In this document: piece by piece, positions 12,055-24,937 of the stretch
How the letters are laid out: every line of letters starts with the position of its first letter
Position numbering within the stretch: position 1 is the stretch's first letter
From: Octopus sinensis
Lineage: Eukaryota
Assembly: GCF_006345805.1 (NCBI RefSeq)
Contig: NC_042998.1
Span: 53,878,001-53,942,000 of the forward strand
Length of the DNA stretch: 64,000 nucleotides
Reading direction: 5' to 3'
The notes under the pieces: model-generated
Database searches by the model: none
What the model was told of the DNA's origin: nothing
What the model saw: the letters and a program-made list of their open reading frames with translations, nothing else
Position numbers and translations under genes: made by a program

Positions 12055-13070
12055 TGATTTTGGACTCAGTCCTCCTTGGCAGCAACCTGGGCAAGTGACT
12101 TCTACTATCGCCCCATGTTGATCAATGCCTTGTGAGTGAATTTGATTGGTGAAAACTGTGTGGAAGCCTATCACATATATGTGTGTATGTGTTTATGTCG
12201 CTCCCCCCACATGCACTAACACACACACACACATACACTACTTGACAATCAGTGTTAGTTTGTTTATGTCCTCTTAATTTAGCAATTCAGTGAAACAGAC
12301 TGATAGAACAAGTATCAAACATAAAAATAAATGCCTGGGCAATTCAACTAAAGCCCTTCAAGATAGTGCTCCAGTATGACCATTATCCAATGACAAAATC
12401 AAGTAAACGAAATAAAAAAATAAATATCTCACATCCTTTCTGTTATTGCTGCCTCTTTTCTTTACCTCCTCAACTCAGCCCTGAGAAACCAAAACCCATA
12501 GCCTTAAGTAGCCAAACACATAAAGGTATGAGGAACCTCTAACTTCACAAGGTACAATGCATCTTTACTATTGTTGGGTCCACTCTATATCATTACTAGT
12601 CTCAGTCCTTTATTGTTTGCTTCATAACGTTTGCCCTTTGAGATCAATCTTCATCACTAAATTTTCCCATGCTTCAATTTTCATGGCTTCAAATTTTCAT
12701 TTGGTAATTGCAGTTGCTACTCAGTTGCTTCTACTTGTATATAATATAGGCACATGTGTGACTGTGTGGTAGGAAGCTTGCTTCCCAGCAACATGGTTCT
12801 GGTTTCAGTCCCACTGCATGATACCTTGAGCAAGTGTCTTCTACTATAGCCTTGGGCTGACCAAAGCCTTGTAAGTAGATTTCATAGACAGAAACTGAAA
12901 GAAGCCCATCGTATGTATGTGTGTGTGTGTGCATGTGTGAGTATGTGTGTGTGTCTGTTTAGCAGTTTGGCAAAAGTCCTGGGGTCAATTTCTTCGACTA
13001 AAACATTTTAAGGTGGTGCTCCAACATGGCCGCAGTCAAATGACTGAAACCAGTAAAAGGATAAAAGAAT
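12055..13070 (+). mobile_element. Two SINE family B copies (12055-12410 diverged; 12745-13070)
   Basis: Family B head, core and tail motifs. Confidence 0.8.
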
Positions 13071-13859
13071 ATGTATTTCTAAAAATTACAGTCAGTGTAT
13101 GCTGAGAATATATTTTAGTTAACATACAGCTAGAATGCTGAATGAAATAAAAATTTTACTGATTAATGTGTTACAAACTATGGTCGCTCTATGACAGATG
13201 TACATGCTACTCTCTACCTACCAGAATTAATAATATATAACATGATAGAACCATCTATAAGCCAATGTGAAACGAACATTGTGTGACAACAATAGTGAGC
13301 AGGAGGTGAAATATATCATTTCCATGTTTGCAGATCAAAAGGAATGAGTTGTCATGACAAGTTCGATGCATCTGAACTGCCTGTAGGTTCACAAGGTCAG
13401 CTGAACTTTTATATGATGTAAACTGCCAGCAGTCACAGGGTCAACTGAAGTTTTTACATGATATAATTACTGGGCATGATCTAAAGTTTAGTATTATCCA
13501 TGAAGAACATTCTTAAGGCACTTAATGATAACGTGGAGAAGGGGGAAGAGGTGAAGTGCAAAGGGTTTTCTTGAATGCAGATCAAAAGTAATAAGGTGTC
13601 ATAGCCGACTATTTATTTATTTCAATGGTTAACAATTACAGGCCCTTCGTTTCTCAGAATTATAGCTATATAAAATTTAAAAAAACATTTTAATAGGCAG
13701 GGATGCAGACATCTAAAATTGCACTAGTTTTTTTTTGTCTTTGTGATCACCACATAGTAACAACATGAAATTTTGCACAACGGTAGAGAAAAATATGAAT
13801 AACAACCACACAAATTTGTCGAACATTAAAAGTACACATTAAATTAATTATCATACTCT

Positions 13860-14280
13860 CTCTCTCTCTTTACTCTTTTACTTGTTTCAGTCATTTGACT
13901 GTGGCCATACTGGAGCACCACCTTTAGTTGAGCAAATCGACCCCAGGACTTATTCTTTGCAAGCCTAGTACTTATTCTATCAGTCTCTTTTGCCGAACCG
14001 CTAAGTTACGAGAACGTAAACACACCAGCATCAGTTGTCAAGCGATGTTGGGAGGACAAACATAGACACACAAGCGCACATACACACACACATATATATA
14101 TATATATACATATATACGACGGGCTTCTTTCAGTTTCCGTCTACCAAATCCACTCACAAGGCTTTGTTTGACCCAAGGCTATAGTAGAAGACACTTGCTG
14201 AAGGTGCCGCACAACGGGACTGAACCTGGAACCATGTGGTTGGTAAGCAAGCTACTCACCACACAGCCACTCCTACGCCA
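13860..14280 (-). mobile_element. SINE family B, near full length
   Basis: Reverse complement of the family B consensus, including tttactcttttacttgtttcagtcatttgac. Confidence 0.9.
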
Positions 14281-15429
14281 TACTTATATTTCATAATTAT
14301 GTCTGTCACCATCTTGAGTCCAAAATTGGAAACTAGGCCAATGATGTGTGTATTGGATTGCTTTTGCATTGTGAAGGAAAGATTGTGACTAACAGAATGT
14401 TGAAACAAATTTGATTTCAGAATAAATACGATTGTGAACTTAAATTTACATACTATTAGAGGGTCTTTTTCTGGGTTTTTACTAGAAATATTTTCACTTA
14501 TTGAGACACGTTTGCAAATCATTTAAATTAAATGGGAATGGGGGAGGGGTTTATGAAGGGTAAATTTTGTCTGAACTCTGAAACGTGTCAAATATTAAGA
14601 AATATATGTAGTAATCTTTAAAAATAACAATGATGATGATGATAATAATAATACTTGTAATATTAACAAGACCAAAGAAACTCATCACTTTTCTCTCATC
14701 TCCCTCATCCCTGTCTTACACTTTATTCTTCTGCCCTTAGCCTCTTCTCTCATGCCCGTACCTCTATCTCTCATGCTCTCTCTCTCTCTCTCTCAATTTC
14801 TTGCATGCATGCACACACACACACACATACACACATACACATGCATGCATTCACACACAGACACCTCTCTCTCTCTCTCTCACTCCACATCTCTTCATTC
14901 CAAACAGAAAATTTTGAGAACTGATAAAAGTATCCACACATGTAATATTGATACCAATATACTTTACTGTAAGTAACTTGGACATTTGACAAATGTGACA
15001 TAAAACAGTTATTGATATCCATTTTCAGCTTGTCTTCATTAATAACAACACTTTATGTTGGTAGCTTATTAACGATTGAATAAATTGAATCAAATAAATT
15101 CAAAGGTCCCAAAGCAGTTTGTTTAATGACCAGGTTGCATTGTCCATGTATGGCATGATAAATACACTTCATACCTACATCTGGCCATCATTTCAAAGCT
15201 GTGTCTAACATCATATACATTTTCAGTTAATGTAGGATGAAAACTTCACCAAAGAGGTAACTGTCTGCAAAATAAAATTGTGGGTTTAAATATAGGAATT
15301 CACTACTACTTCTGTAACTCACTGGAGAAGTGACAAACTATGCTTGTAATGGATTACAATTCAAATTAATGCATGAATACGAAAACAAGTAAAATTGAAA
15401 TTTATAGATAATCCAAGTCAACATTCTCA

Positions 15430-16290
15430 TTTGAGGTGAGCTCTCCTGCCTCTTGTCTTCTTCCTCATTGTCTGTATCATTTTCATCACTTTCTACATCA
15501 TTTCCTGCTTGAGCTAAATATTGGCAATTAATGAATCTACACGAGTCTATGCAGGTTACCTTGTGCTGTCAACATGAGCATCGATCCTTTCCTTCACCTT
15601 TGGGTTCCTCACGGCTATTCTTCTTGCAACTGCAATAAGTAAACTCAAGCAGAGCACTTGGTTCAGGTGGAAGGTCATCCCAGACTACCTCTAGAGTGGT
15701 ATCTGTTACCATCCATGGTTGTGTATGCTGGGGATACTGGGAAACTGTTCAAGACATCTGGTGTGTACTCCTACGCGGTAGTTTACCCTCATCAGGTGTT
15801 TTACCATGGCATCATGTGTGGGAGGTATGTTCATCTCTGTTTTAGTGCCCATCAAGAACTAGTTATACCGTGCTGTATTGACACTCAAACAATCTTGATC
15901 ATACAGTCTACAAACAAATTTCTTCACTGTGTGTACCAGACCACCTTCTACAGAGAATGCTGCACTTAAATTGTTGAAAGGCTGGTTGAAAATCTACAGA
16001 TTCAGTCATGAGCTTCAAGGCTTTCTTCTTACAGCAGCCATAGAAACAGCTTTTTGAATCACAGCCTGCAAAACAATTAAGGCAGATGAGGGCATCTGCG
16101 ATACTGTCTCTGAGATGATTTTGTATACCTGTTAGATTAATCACATGCATGTAACAAAATGCCGAAGATTCCCCCTCAGAATCGTCTACATCAGAAGACA
16201 ATGAAGATGACATGTGCACCGCCATCATGTGCTGTGAGCAGTGAATACAACGAGGCTTATGATTGGTTGACATAGGAATCAACAAAAACC
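15430..16290 (-). pseudogene. Academ(X)-like DNA transposon C-terminal remnant: XPG/PIN-H3TH nuclease region plus Cys-rich (Cys8/CXC) finger
   Basis: Translation gives ALICLNCFAGCDSKSCFYGCCKKKALKL, KKFVCRLY, IPPTHDAMVKHLMRVNY, HGW, VVWDDLPPEPSALLEFTYCSCKK...CSC*..TCIDSC...C and an acidic tail; stops and frameshifts present. The XPG plus Cys8 architecture is described for Academ transposases. Confidence 0.7.
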
Positions 16291-16949
16291 ATAGGAATCA
16301 TCAGTCAGCCAAAACCATCGCTATGCTGTCTCTCTTATGACGTCCAATTCCACTTGAAGTTGTATATATATTGTGTTAAGATTCGTTATCAATCATTATT
16401 CCTATTGAGAAGAAACAGTCAAAAGTAACCACCACATAGAATCACCAAACATCTCCACTACTTAACACCGTCCATGTTAACCTTCTTCACCTTTACAGCT
16501 GACAGGAAAAGCTACGCAAAAGAGAGGAAAAAATTGATTGCTATTAAAACACGTAAAATTTTGGGGTTAATAATCTTAATCTTTAGTTACAGTTTCTCAT
16601 TCAAACTACATAATAGACAAAATTGTCGGATTAAAACAGCAGGAGATTTCGAGGGAGATTTGGCTGCTACCATGTAGAGGTCTCCCTCATTGGCTCATAC
16701 ATATATACATAAAATCGAAATAAAATACTTAAAGTAACAGCCGTCAAATACAAGAGTCAAGGTCCATGCAGTGTCATGGGCCAAAAAATTTCCAACATCT
16801 TGCCTAATGCAAGTCTAGAGCAATCTCTTATATCTTACAATTTCTGTCTCTATTGTAATATGAGATAATACTTTCAGTTTCAAAGAAGTCTGTCCTATAT
16901 ATATATATATATATATACAGTGCAAAATATGAAAGCTAGTGTTATGCAG

Positions 16950-19900
16950 GTTGTACTGAAGGCTACTGTATTACTTGCACATGAATTCTGCCAAATGCGA
17001 GCTTTCTTTTCAGGTACATGAAGCTACAGTCCACCGTCCCAGGGTCTCTAGGGCCCATGCCTCCCACACCCTCAGGGTTGGCACCCTCAACGTTGGCACA
17101 CTGAAAGGTAGGTCTGGCGAGATAGCCGAGATGCTTGAACGGAGATATGTGGATATATGTTGCATGCAAGAAGTAAGGTGGAGAGGAGGATCTGCTAGGT
17201 TCCTCACAGGCAAGGAACGCAGGTACAAGATTTTCTGGCCAGGGAACACTGACGGGGTTGGTGGCGTGGGTATACTTATCACTGAGAAATGAGTAGATAA
17301 AGTAATTGAGGTAATCAGAGTATGTGACAGAATACTTAAGATTAGATTAGTGCTTCATCATAGTTTAGCAACCATTATATTAGCCTATGCTCCTACCTCG
17401 TTGATGAATGACAGGGACCTTCTCTTTGTGGCTGGTGACTTCAATGGTCACATTGGACGACATGCTGGGGCTTCCATGGCGTACATGGAGGCTATGGCTA
17501 TGGTTACCGCAACGAGGAGGGAACCAGGCTGCTGGAGTTCTGCGATGCAAATAATCTTATGATTTGCAACACTAACTTCAGGAAACCTACCAGCTACCTA
17601 CCGATCGGGCCAACATACCAGCCAAATTGACTACATCCTTGCCAGGCAAAGGGAGAGATGGTTGCTTATAAATGCCAAAACCTTCCCAGGTGAAGAATGT
17701 ACCCCACAACATAGACTGGTAGTTAGTGACTTTAGGATCAGGACTAGGAGGACAACCAGAAGACGACCAACATGGAGAAGAAGGATCTGGAAGCTTAAAG
17801 ATCCTGCGAATGGACAGAGATTTAGGGACATGCTACTTGAAGCCTTTGACGAAGTAGAAGGGGATAGAGTATCACATGGGGTAGAAGGCAACTGGACGTT
17901 TCTAAGGGACAACCTGCTGAGAGCCACTGACCAGATCTGTGGCTGGGTGCAAAGTCTCCTCTCGTACCAAGGTAACGTGGTGGTGGAACAGTGTTGTAGA
18001 CAGGGTTATTAGAGAACAGAGACAGACTTGGAAGCACTGGAAGAATGGTGGTAGCAGGGAATTGTATCAGACTGCTAAAAGGGAAGCTAGGAGACAGGTC
18101 TATCTAGCCAGAGGGGAAGCAGATAAGAAAAAGTTTGCCAATGTTCTGCGCCGTGAGGACCAAAGACTGGAGGTGTTTCGCGTTGCAAGACAGTGTGTGA
18201 GAGAGAATTGTGATGTGGTAGGAGAGAAGTGTGTTCGCATGGAAGATCGTTCACTTGTGCTAAATGAGGATGCAAAGAGAGAGGTTTGGAGACGCCACTA
18301 TGAAAGGTTGCTGAATAAAGAAAATGAATAGGATAAAGAGAGTCTGCCGAATGTTGACCCAACAGAGGGACCAGCTATCCGAGTTGATAGGTCCTTGGTA
18401 GTTGAGGCAATTAGAAGCATGAAGACAGGAAAGCCCCAGGACCATCAGGAATCACTGCAGAGATGCTCAAAATATCTGGTAGTGTCGGCTATAGCCTAGT
18501 CACCCGTATAGTTAATCAGGTGATACACGAAGGAGTCATACCCAATGACTGGTGTAGCAGCATAATAGTCAACTGCTACAAAGGTAAAGGTGATGCCCTA
18601 GATACAAATAATTACAGAGGTATCAAGCTGTTGGATCAGGTGATGAAGGTTACGGAGAGGGTCATAGCCCAACTAATTAGAGAGAGAGTTAGTTTAGATG
18701 AGATGCAGTTTGGGTTCGTGCCAGGGAAAAGTACCACTGATGCTATATTCCTGGTAAGGCAACTGCAGGAGAAATACCTAGCCAAAGATAAGCCCCTGTA
18801 ACTGGCTTTTGTTGACATGGAGAAAGCCTTTGACAGGGTCCCCCAATCCCTTATCTGGTGGTCAATGAGGAAACTAGGGATAGATGAATGGTTAGTGAGA
18901 GCTGTGCGAGCCATGTACAGGGACGCTACTAGTAAGGTGAGTACAGTGACAACGAGTACAGTGAAGAATTCCGGGTAGAGGTAGGGGTCCACCAAGGCTC
19001 AGTACTCAGCCCCCTCCTATTTATCATAGTCCTCCAGGCAATAACGGAGGAATTCAAGACAGGATGCCCTTGGGAGCTCCTCTATGCTGATGACCTTGCT
19101 CTAATTGCTGAGTCCCTATCAGAACTGGAGGAGAAGTTTCAGGTGTGGAAGCAAGGATTAGAATCGAAGGGCCTTAGAGTCAATCTAGCTAAAACCAAAG
19201 TTGTAATAAGTAGAAAGGTAGACAAATCACAAACGCCTTCAGGTAGATGGCCCTGCTCGATCTGTAGAAAAGGTGTTGGTAGAAACTCTATAAGATGCAC
19301 CAAATGTAAGCTATGGACACATAAGAGGTGCAGCAATGTCAAAGGAAGGCTAACTAGGAAGATGGTTTTTGTATGTGGCAGATGCTCAGGAACAATAAAC
19401 ACTGAAAATGCTCTGAGACCAACTTCTGTCAGTTTCCAAGGAGAAAAACTAGAAATAGTTGATAGCTTCCGTTACCTAGGTGACCAAGTCAGCAGCGGGG
19501 GCCGGGTGTGTTGAAAGTGTAACTGCTAGAATCAGAATAGCTTGGGCAAAGTTCAGAGATCTCTTACCTCTGCTGGTGACAAAAGGCCTCTCGCTCAGAG
19601 TAAAAGGCAGACTGTATGACGCGTGTGTATGAACAGCCATGCTACATGGCAGTGAAACATGGGCCGTGACTGCTGAGGACATGCGTAAGCTCGTGAGGAA
19701 CGAAGCCAGTATGCTCCGATGGGTGTGTAATGTCAGTACTCATACTCGACAGAGTGTAAGTTCCTTGAGAGAAAAGCTGGACCTAAGAAGCATCAGATGT
19801 GGTGTACAAGAGAGACGTTTGCGCTGGTATGGGCATGTGGCGAGAATGGATGAAGATAGTTGTGTGAAAAGGTGCCACACCCTAGCGGTTGAGGGAACCT

Positions 19901-20740
19901 GTGGAAGAGGCAGACCCATGAAAACCTGGGACGAGGTGGTGAAGCACGACCTTCGAACTTTAGGTCTCACTGAGGAAATCACTAGAGACCGAGACCTCTG
20001 GAAGAATGCTGTGCGTGAGAAGGCCCGGCAGGACAAGTGAGACCATAACCCGTGGCCTTCTACATGGGATGTAGCCAGCCCACTTATGCATACCTTCCCT
20101 TCCTGGGACACAAAACTCTACTTGTGAAGACCTGTTGAGGCAAGTGAGAATCAGAATCTAAATCGATCAATGGAAATTGCAGCTGAGTTACCAGTGCCGG
20201 TGGCACATAAGAGAACCATTCGAATGTGGCCGTTGCCAGCGCAGCCCAGACTGGCCTCGTGCCGGTGGCACGTAAAAAGCACCATCCGTTCGTGGCCGTT
20301 GCCAGCCTTGCCAGGCCCCCATGCCGGTGGCACATAAAAAAGCACCATCTGTTCGTGGCCGTTTGCAGACTCGTCTGGCACCACCATCCATTCGTGGCCG
20401 TTGCCACGGCTGCCCCAACTGGCCTCATGCTGGTGGCACGTAAAAAGCACCATCCGTTCGTGGCCGTTGGCAGCCTCGCCTGGCCCCATGCCGGTGGCAC
20501 GTAAAAAGCACCATCCGTCCGTGGCCATTTGCCAGCTCCGTCTGGCACCTGTGCGGGTGGCACATAAAAAGCACCCACTACACTCACGGAGTGGTTGGCG
20601 TTAGGAAGGGCATCCAGTCGTAGAAACACTGCCAGATCAGACTGGGCCTGATGCAGCCTTCTGGCTTCACAGACCCCAGTTGAACCGTCCAACCCATGCT
20701 AGCATGGAAAGCGAACGCTAAATGATGATGATGATGATAT
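16950..20740 (+). mobile_element. RTE-clade non-LTR retrotransposon, near full length, inactivated
   Basis: Single ORF region 16975-20040, followed by a 3' UTR with ~60-bp tandem units and a (GAT)n tail. Confidence 0.93.
16975..20040 (+). pseudogene. RTE ORF: AP endonuclease plus reverse transcriptase with PHD-like insert; several stops, frameshifts and a deletion
   Basis: Endonuclease motifs TLNVGTL, CMQEVRW, VAGDFNGH, QIDYIL, QHRLVVSDF. RT motifs NYRGIKLL, QFGFVPGKSTTDAIF, FVDMEKAFDRVP, GVHQGSVLSPLLF, LYADDL (YADD at 19083-19094), FRYLG, MLHGSETW, LRWYGHV. Confidence 0.93.
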
Positions 20741-21392
20741 ATCATCATCATCATCATCATCATTTAGCGTCCGTTTTCCATGCTAGCATGGGTTGGACGG
20801 TTCAACTGGGGTCTGGGGAGCCCGAAGGCTGCACCAGGCCAGTCAGATCTGGCAGTGTTTCTACAGCTGGATGCCCTTCCTAACGCCAACCACTCCGAGA
20901 GTGTAGTGGGTGATTTTATGTGCCACCGACACAGGTGCCAGACGAGCCTGGCGAACGGCCACGCTCGGATTGTGTTTTTTATGTGCCACCGACACAGGTG
21001 CCAGACGAGGCTGGCAGACGGCCACGCTCGGATGGTGTTTTTATGTGCCATCGACACAGGTGCCAGATGAGGCTGGCGAACGGCCACGATCGGATGGTGT
21101 TTGTTACGTGCCCACAGCACGGAGGCCAGTCGATGCGGTACTGGCTACGGCCACATTCGGATGGTTTTCTTGTGTGCCACCGGCACTGGTACCACAAAGA
21201 TACAAATTCCATTGATGTTCATCTATTTTGATTTGATTTGATTTGATTTTCACTTGCCTCAACAGGTCTTCACAAGTGTCACAAGAAGGAAGAAAGGTAT
21301 GCACAGCCACGCTCGGATGGTGTTTTTTATGTGCCACCGACACAGGTGCCAGACGAGGCTGGCAGACGGCCACGCTCAGATGGTGTTTTTAT
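20741..21392 (-). mobile_element. Second RTE 3' UTR, tail-to-tail with the first and internally rearranged
   Basis: Junction gatgatgatgatat|atcatcatcatc; reverse complement of 20080-20740 modules. After reaching the 3' UTR start (~21230-21300) it returns to the 60-bp units. Confidence 0.9.
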
Positions 21393-21394
21393 GT

Positions 21395-22812
21395 GATATA
21401 TATATATATATATATATTCCTTATGCCTTCCAAAACCGAGTTACAGATTTTGACGTATGGGGTATCAAAAGATTCAGTACTATTTTGGCTACAAATTAAA
21501 CTTAATTTCCATTCATATATTTGCATTTCAAGAATTTAACATTATAATCTTTTCCATAAATCAACTATCGTAAACATGTTATACGATGATGTCACATTTT
21601 CTATATGTGTGTTTACCTTAAAAGACATCAATCATCATGACACACACCTTCACTCACTCACTCTATTTCTCATTTTTCACTCTCTCTCTCTCTCTCTCTC
21701 TCACGCATATACGCAAGCACGCACGCGTGCGCACACACATACACACATACTTCCATTTCATATAGATGTACATATATCTTTCACTTTCTTTTTCTGTTCT
21801 TTTTGCTTTCTCTTCTTTCAATTTCTGCTCTCTTCAAATAAATTTTTACAGAATGAGTGGGAGAAACACAGAAAAGACGTAATCTCTCCAGAAGCAAGTA
21901 TAAAGGAAGAAGGATTGAAGAAAACCAAAGGCAAGAGTCTGAAGAGAGATGAGATTTTCTCAAGATTAGCAAATGCATGTAGCAGCACTTAATGCTGGAT
22001 CATTAAATCAATGTTTTAATGATTAGACAGAGGTCCAGTAGAATAGCTCTCAGAAACAGACTATGTACAAGTTCATTCTTCACAACTCCTAAAGATGTTT
22101 TCAGATATGATCCATCCATTCTTATAAAAACAATAACTATGTCTAAATTGGTGTGCTAATCACTAATTGTCTTTTCTGTAAAGATTTAAAATTTTCAATT
22201 GAAACAAATGGTATGTGCTGCTCAGGCGGTCAAGTAGCATTGCCAGCACTACCAGCTCCTTCTCAACCTCTTATGGATCTTCTAGAAGGCATTTCCATCC
22301 AGTCAAAGGATTTTCTGAACAATATCAGACAATACAACTCGGTATTTCAAATGACATCATTTGGTACAGCTAACAAGATAGATAAACATGAATTAACATC
22401 GACATCAAAGCTCAAGGGCAAGTCTATCACCTCATTGCTTCCCTGTTACCCACAAATGAACAACCACAGTTCCTCCAAATTTACTTTATGAGTGATGTAG
22501 GACAACAAACTTGACAGAAGTGTCGAAATTTCAGATGATGGGTCAGGTTAGACGCAGTGCTGACTGCTGCAAAAGAAAGTATGTCTACTAATAGTTTTTC
22601 AGTGCATTCAAAAATCAGATAACCCCCACCTCCAATTTTCCATGACAGGTTACGGCCTGAAATACTCCAAACGGACGCATAGCATGTTGCTTAGTCGAAT
22701 GTTTTGTTGACAATGCTGCATTTTCCCATATCACCTGTTTCAACATAACTGTAATATTTTATATACAAACTATGCCATTTTAATCCCGAGCAATGCCAGG
22801 TATTTCTGCTAG
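21395..22812 (+). mobile_element. Internally deleted Helitron
   Basis: 22150-22520 encodes CLFCKDLKFSIETNGMCCSGGQVALP...FLNNIRQYNSVFQMTSFG and, after a frameshift, QGQVYHL..PQFLQIYFM (N-terminal Helitron RepHel region). The 3' end has a degenerate hairpin cccgagcaatgccagg, then CTAG (22809-22812) followed by T. 5' end approximate. Confidence 0.85.
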
Positions 22813-22883
22813 TATACATACATACATACATACATACATACATACATACATACATACATACATACATACATACATACATACAT

Positions 22884-22966
<83 letters not shown>

Positions 22967-22970
22967 ATAT
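22813..22970. repeat. (TACA)n and (TA)n microsatellites
   Basis: Direct reading. Confidence 0.97.
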
Positions 22971-23339
22971 AATATTAGGGAATGGTACAACATGAAGATG
23001 AAGATGGCAGATAACAGGCTTTAATAGTGGATCATATCATTTGTTTCTGCACTGCACACCTGTTTTAAGTTGCTGAGTTTAAATTCAAAAACCATTATAG
23101 AAGCACATTCTGTATAATAATTAAGCAGTTGAATGCAGCTCAGCAACATCCATGTGTAGGTCCTCCATCAGGGCAGAACATGATTAATTCCTGTTAGATT
23201 CTTCTCATGCTACATTATCTTTGTAGTGATCTTATACAAAGAGGAGTTCTACATGTGTATCTAGCCCTGGAATTAACCCTACTGTAGGTTATTAGGTTAT
23301 CATGTGGTAGCCAAATAATGACATGAAAGCTCGTATATG

Positions 23340-23930
23340 CATGTTAGATTCCCACTCAGATTATACTATATATATATAGTATAATCCCTTATCTTTACAT
23401 TCTTTTACACTTTTATCACGTTTTTATCATGTTTTTTTACTTTTATTTCTATTTCTATTTTTACTTTATAACCCTATGCCTTTACTTTTATTTATATTTC
23501 TTTATATTCCTTTATATTCTTTATACCCCCTTTACAACTCCTTATAACTCTTTATATCTTTATGCTCTACATTTTTATATTTTTCTATACTTACACTTTT
23601 TATACATTTTCTATCCCTCGTCCCGAATTCTCGCCCCTCCATCTTCACCTCTATATATGTATTTATTTATTTACATTACCTCAACATCCAATTTTCCTCA
23701 TTCTACATTGAGAGAAGAAAGAGATGGACGCTTCAATTCTATGCTGCTGCCGCATTATGTCGTACGCGAATGAGAGGATTTGCATCCCCAACCAAGAATT
23801 TTTGATGTAACACATGTCCTTGTGGAAGCTGTTGTGCGCGGCTGAAGAAGGCCACAGACATACATTATGCATTGTTATAAATCTGTCTAATAAAGGCCCG
23901 AACATATGTACCGCTGAATCCTTCGCATCA
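23340..23930 (+). mobile_element. Penelope-like terminal-repeat fragment containing a hammerhead-like motif
   Basis: Hammerhead-like core at 23838-23914; family assignment inferred from that motif. Confidence 0.45.
23838..23914 (+). ncRNA. Degenerate type I minimal hammerhead ribozyme candidate
   Basis: gcgg-CTGAAGA-a-ggcc...ggcc-CGAAC-atat-GTA-ccgc. Stem I gcgg/ccgc, stem II ggcc/ggcc, stem III ac/gt. The GAAAC core is imperfect. Confidence 0.5.
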
Positions 23931-23952
23931 TGTTTTTATTTTATTTTGATCA

Positions 23953-24008
<56 letters not shown>

Positions 24009-24937
24009 ATATATATATCCATGTATATTTATATATATCTATGTATGTAAAATGATATAAGGTTGTCATAAGCACTAAATTTAGAGAGAAATGAAATAGA
24101 CCCACTCACAGGATTCAATTTCTTGGTGAGTCATACTGTTACTGATTAAACAGTCTGGTAACACCTCTCTCTCTCTCTTTGTGTCTCCTTCTCTCTCTCT
24201 CTCTCTCTCTCTCTGATTCTTTAATAAGTTACATACATATGTATATTCATGAACACACACACACACATTTTTTGCTTCTTGATGCACTTTTGTCTACACA
24301 ATTAATCATATAGTAGGACAGGTTAAATTCCATATATATTGTGTATGACCAATGTCAAATGCCCAACATAAGGCAGCTCACTTTGATTCAATGTTTAAAA
24401 AAATAAATAACATCATGATCAAATGCCCCCAACTGACATTAGATACTATAAGCACCAATTTGAGACAAGAAAAAAGGAAATGGGTTCCTTAATGGTCCTA
24501 GAGCTATACATACGACCAATTACCTGGCACAGGTGGTGAAGAAAAAACAGGAAAATGCTTATGCTTCGTATTCAAGAAAAAAGGATTAGCAAGTAGTGCT
24601 AATTAGTAGAACTGTTATCTGATAGGCAATGGATATATGATTTACAGTCAGTCAACCTACTTTTCCTCTCTTAACCCCTTACAGACAGATTAGTACTGAC
24701 AGTCTGTGCTGTGTACTAGTATTAGGCTGTTCAGTAACTACATAATTTATCATACAAGGAATTTTACAGTGTATTTACAGATTCATCTCAGTGTGGTATA
24801 CTTCAAAACAAGGTGCTGCACAGAGTGAGACATTGCACTGCTCACACATGCAGTGTTTTGATGTGGTCAGTATTGCTTCCTATCTGCAAGGAATTAAATC
24901 AGTGCTTATAAGGCAGATATTGCTAATAGACACACAT

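Noticed and set aside
20084-21373. Overlapping ORFs with repeated ATATNGWCF-like peptides, and CRISPR-like periodicity
   Set aside because: These are ~60-bp tandem units of the RTE 3' UTR; there are no unique spacers and no cas genes.
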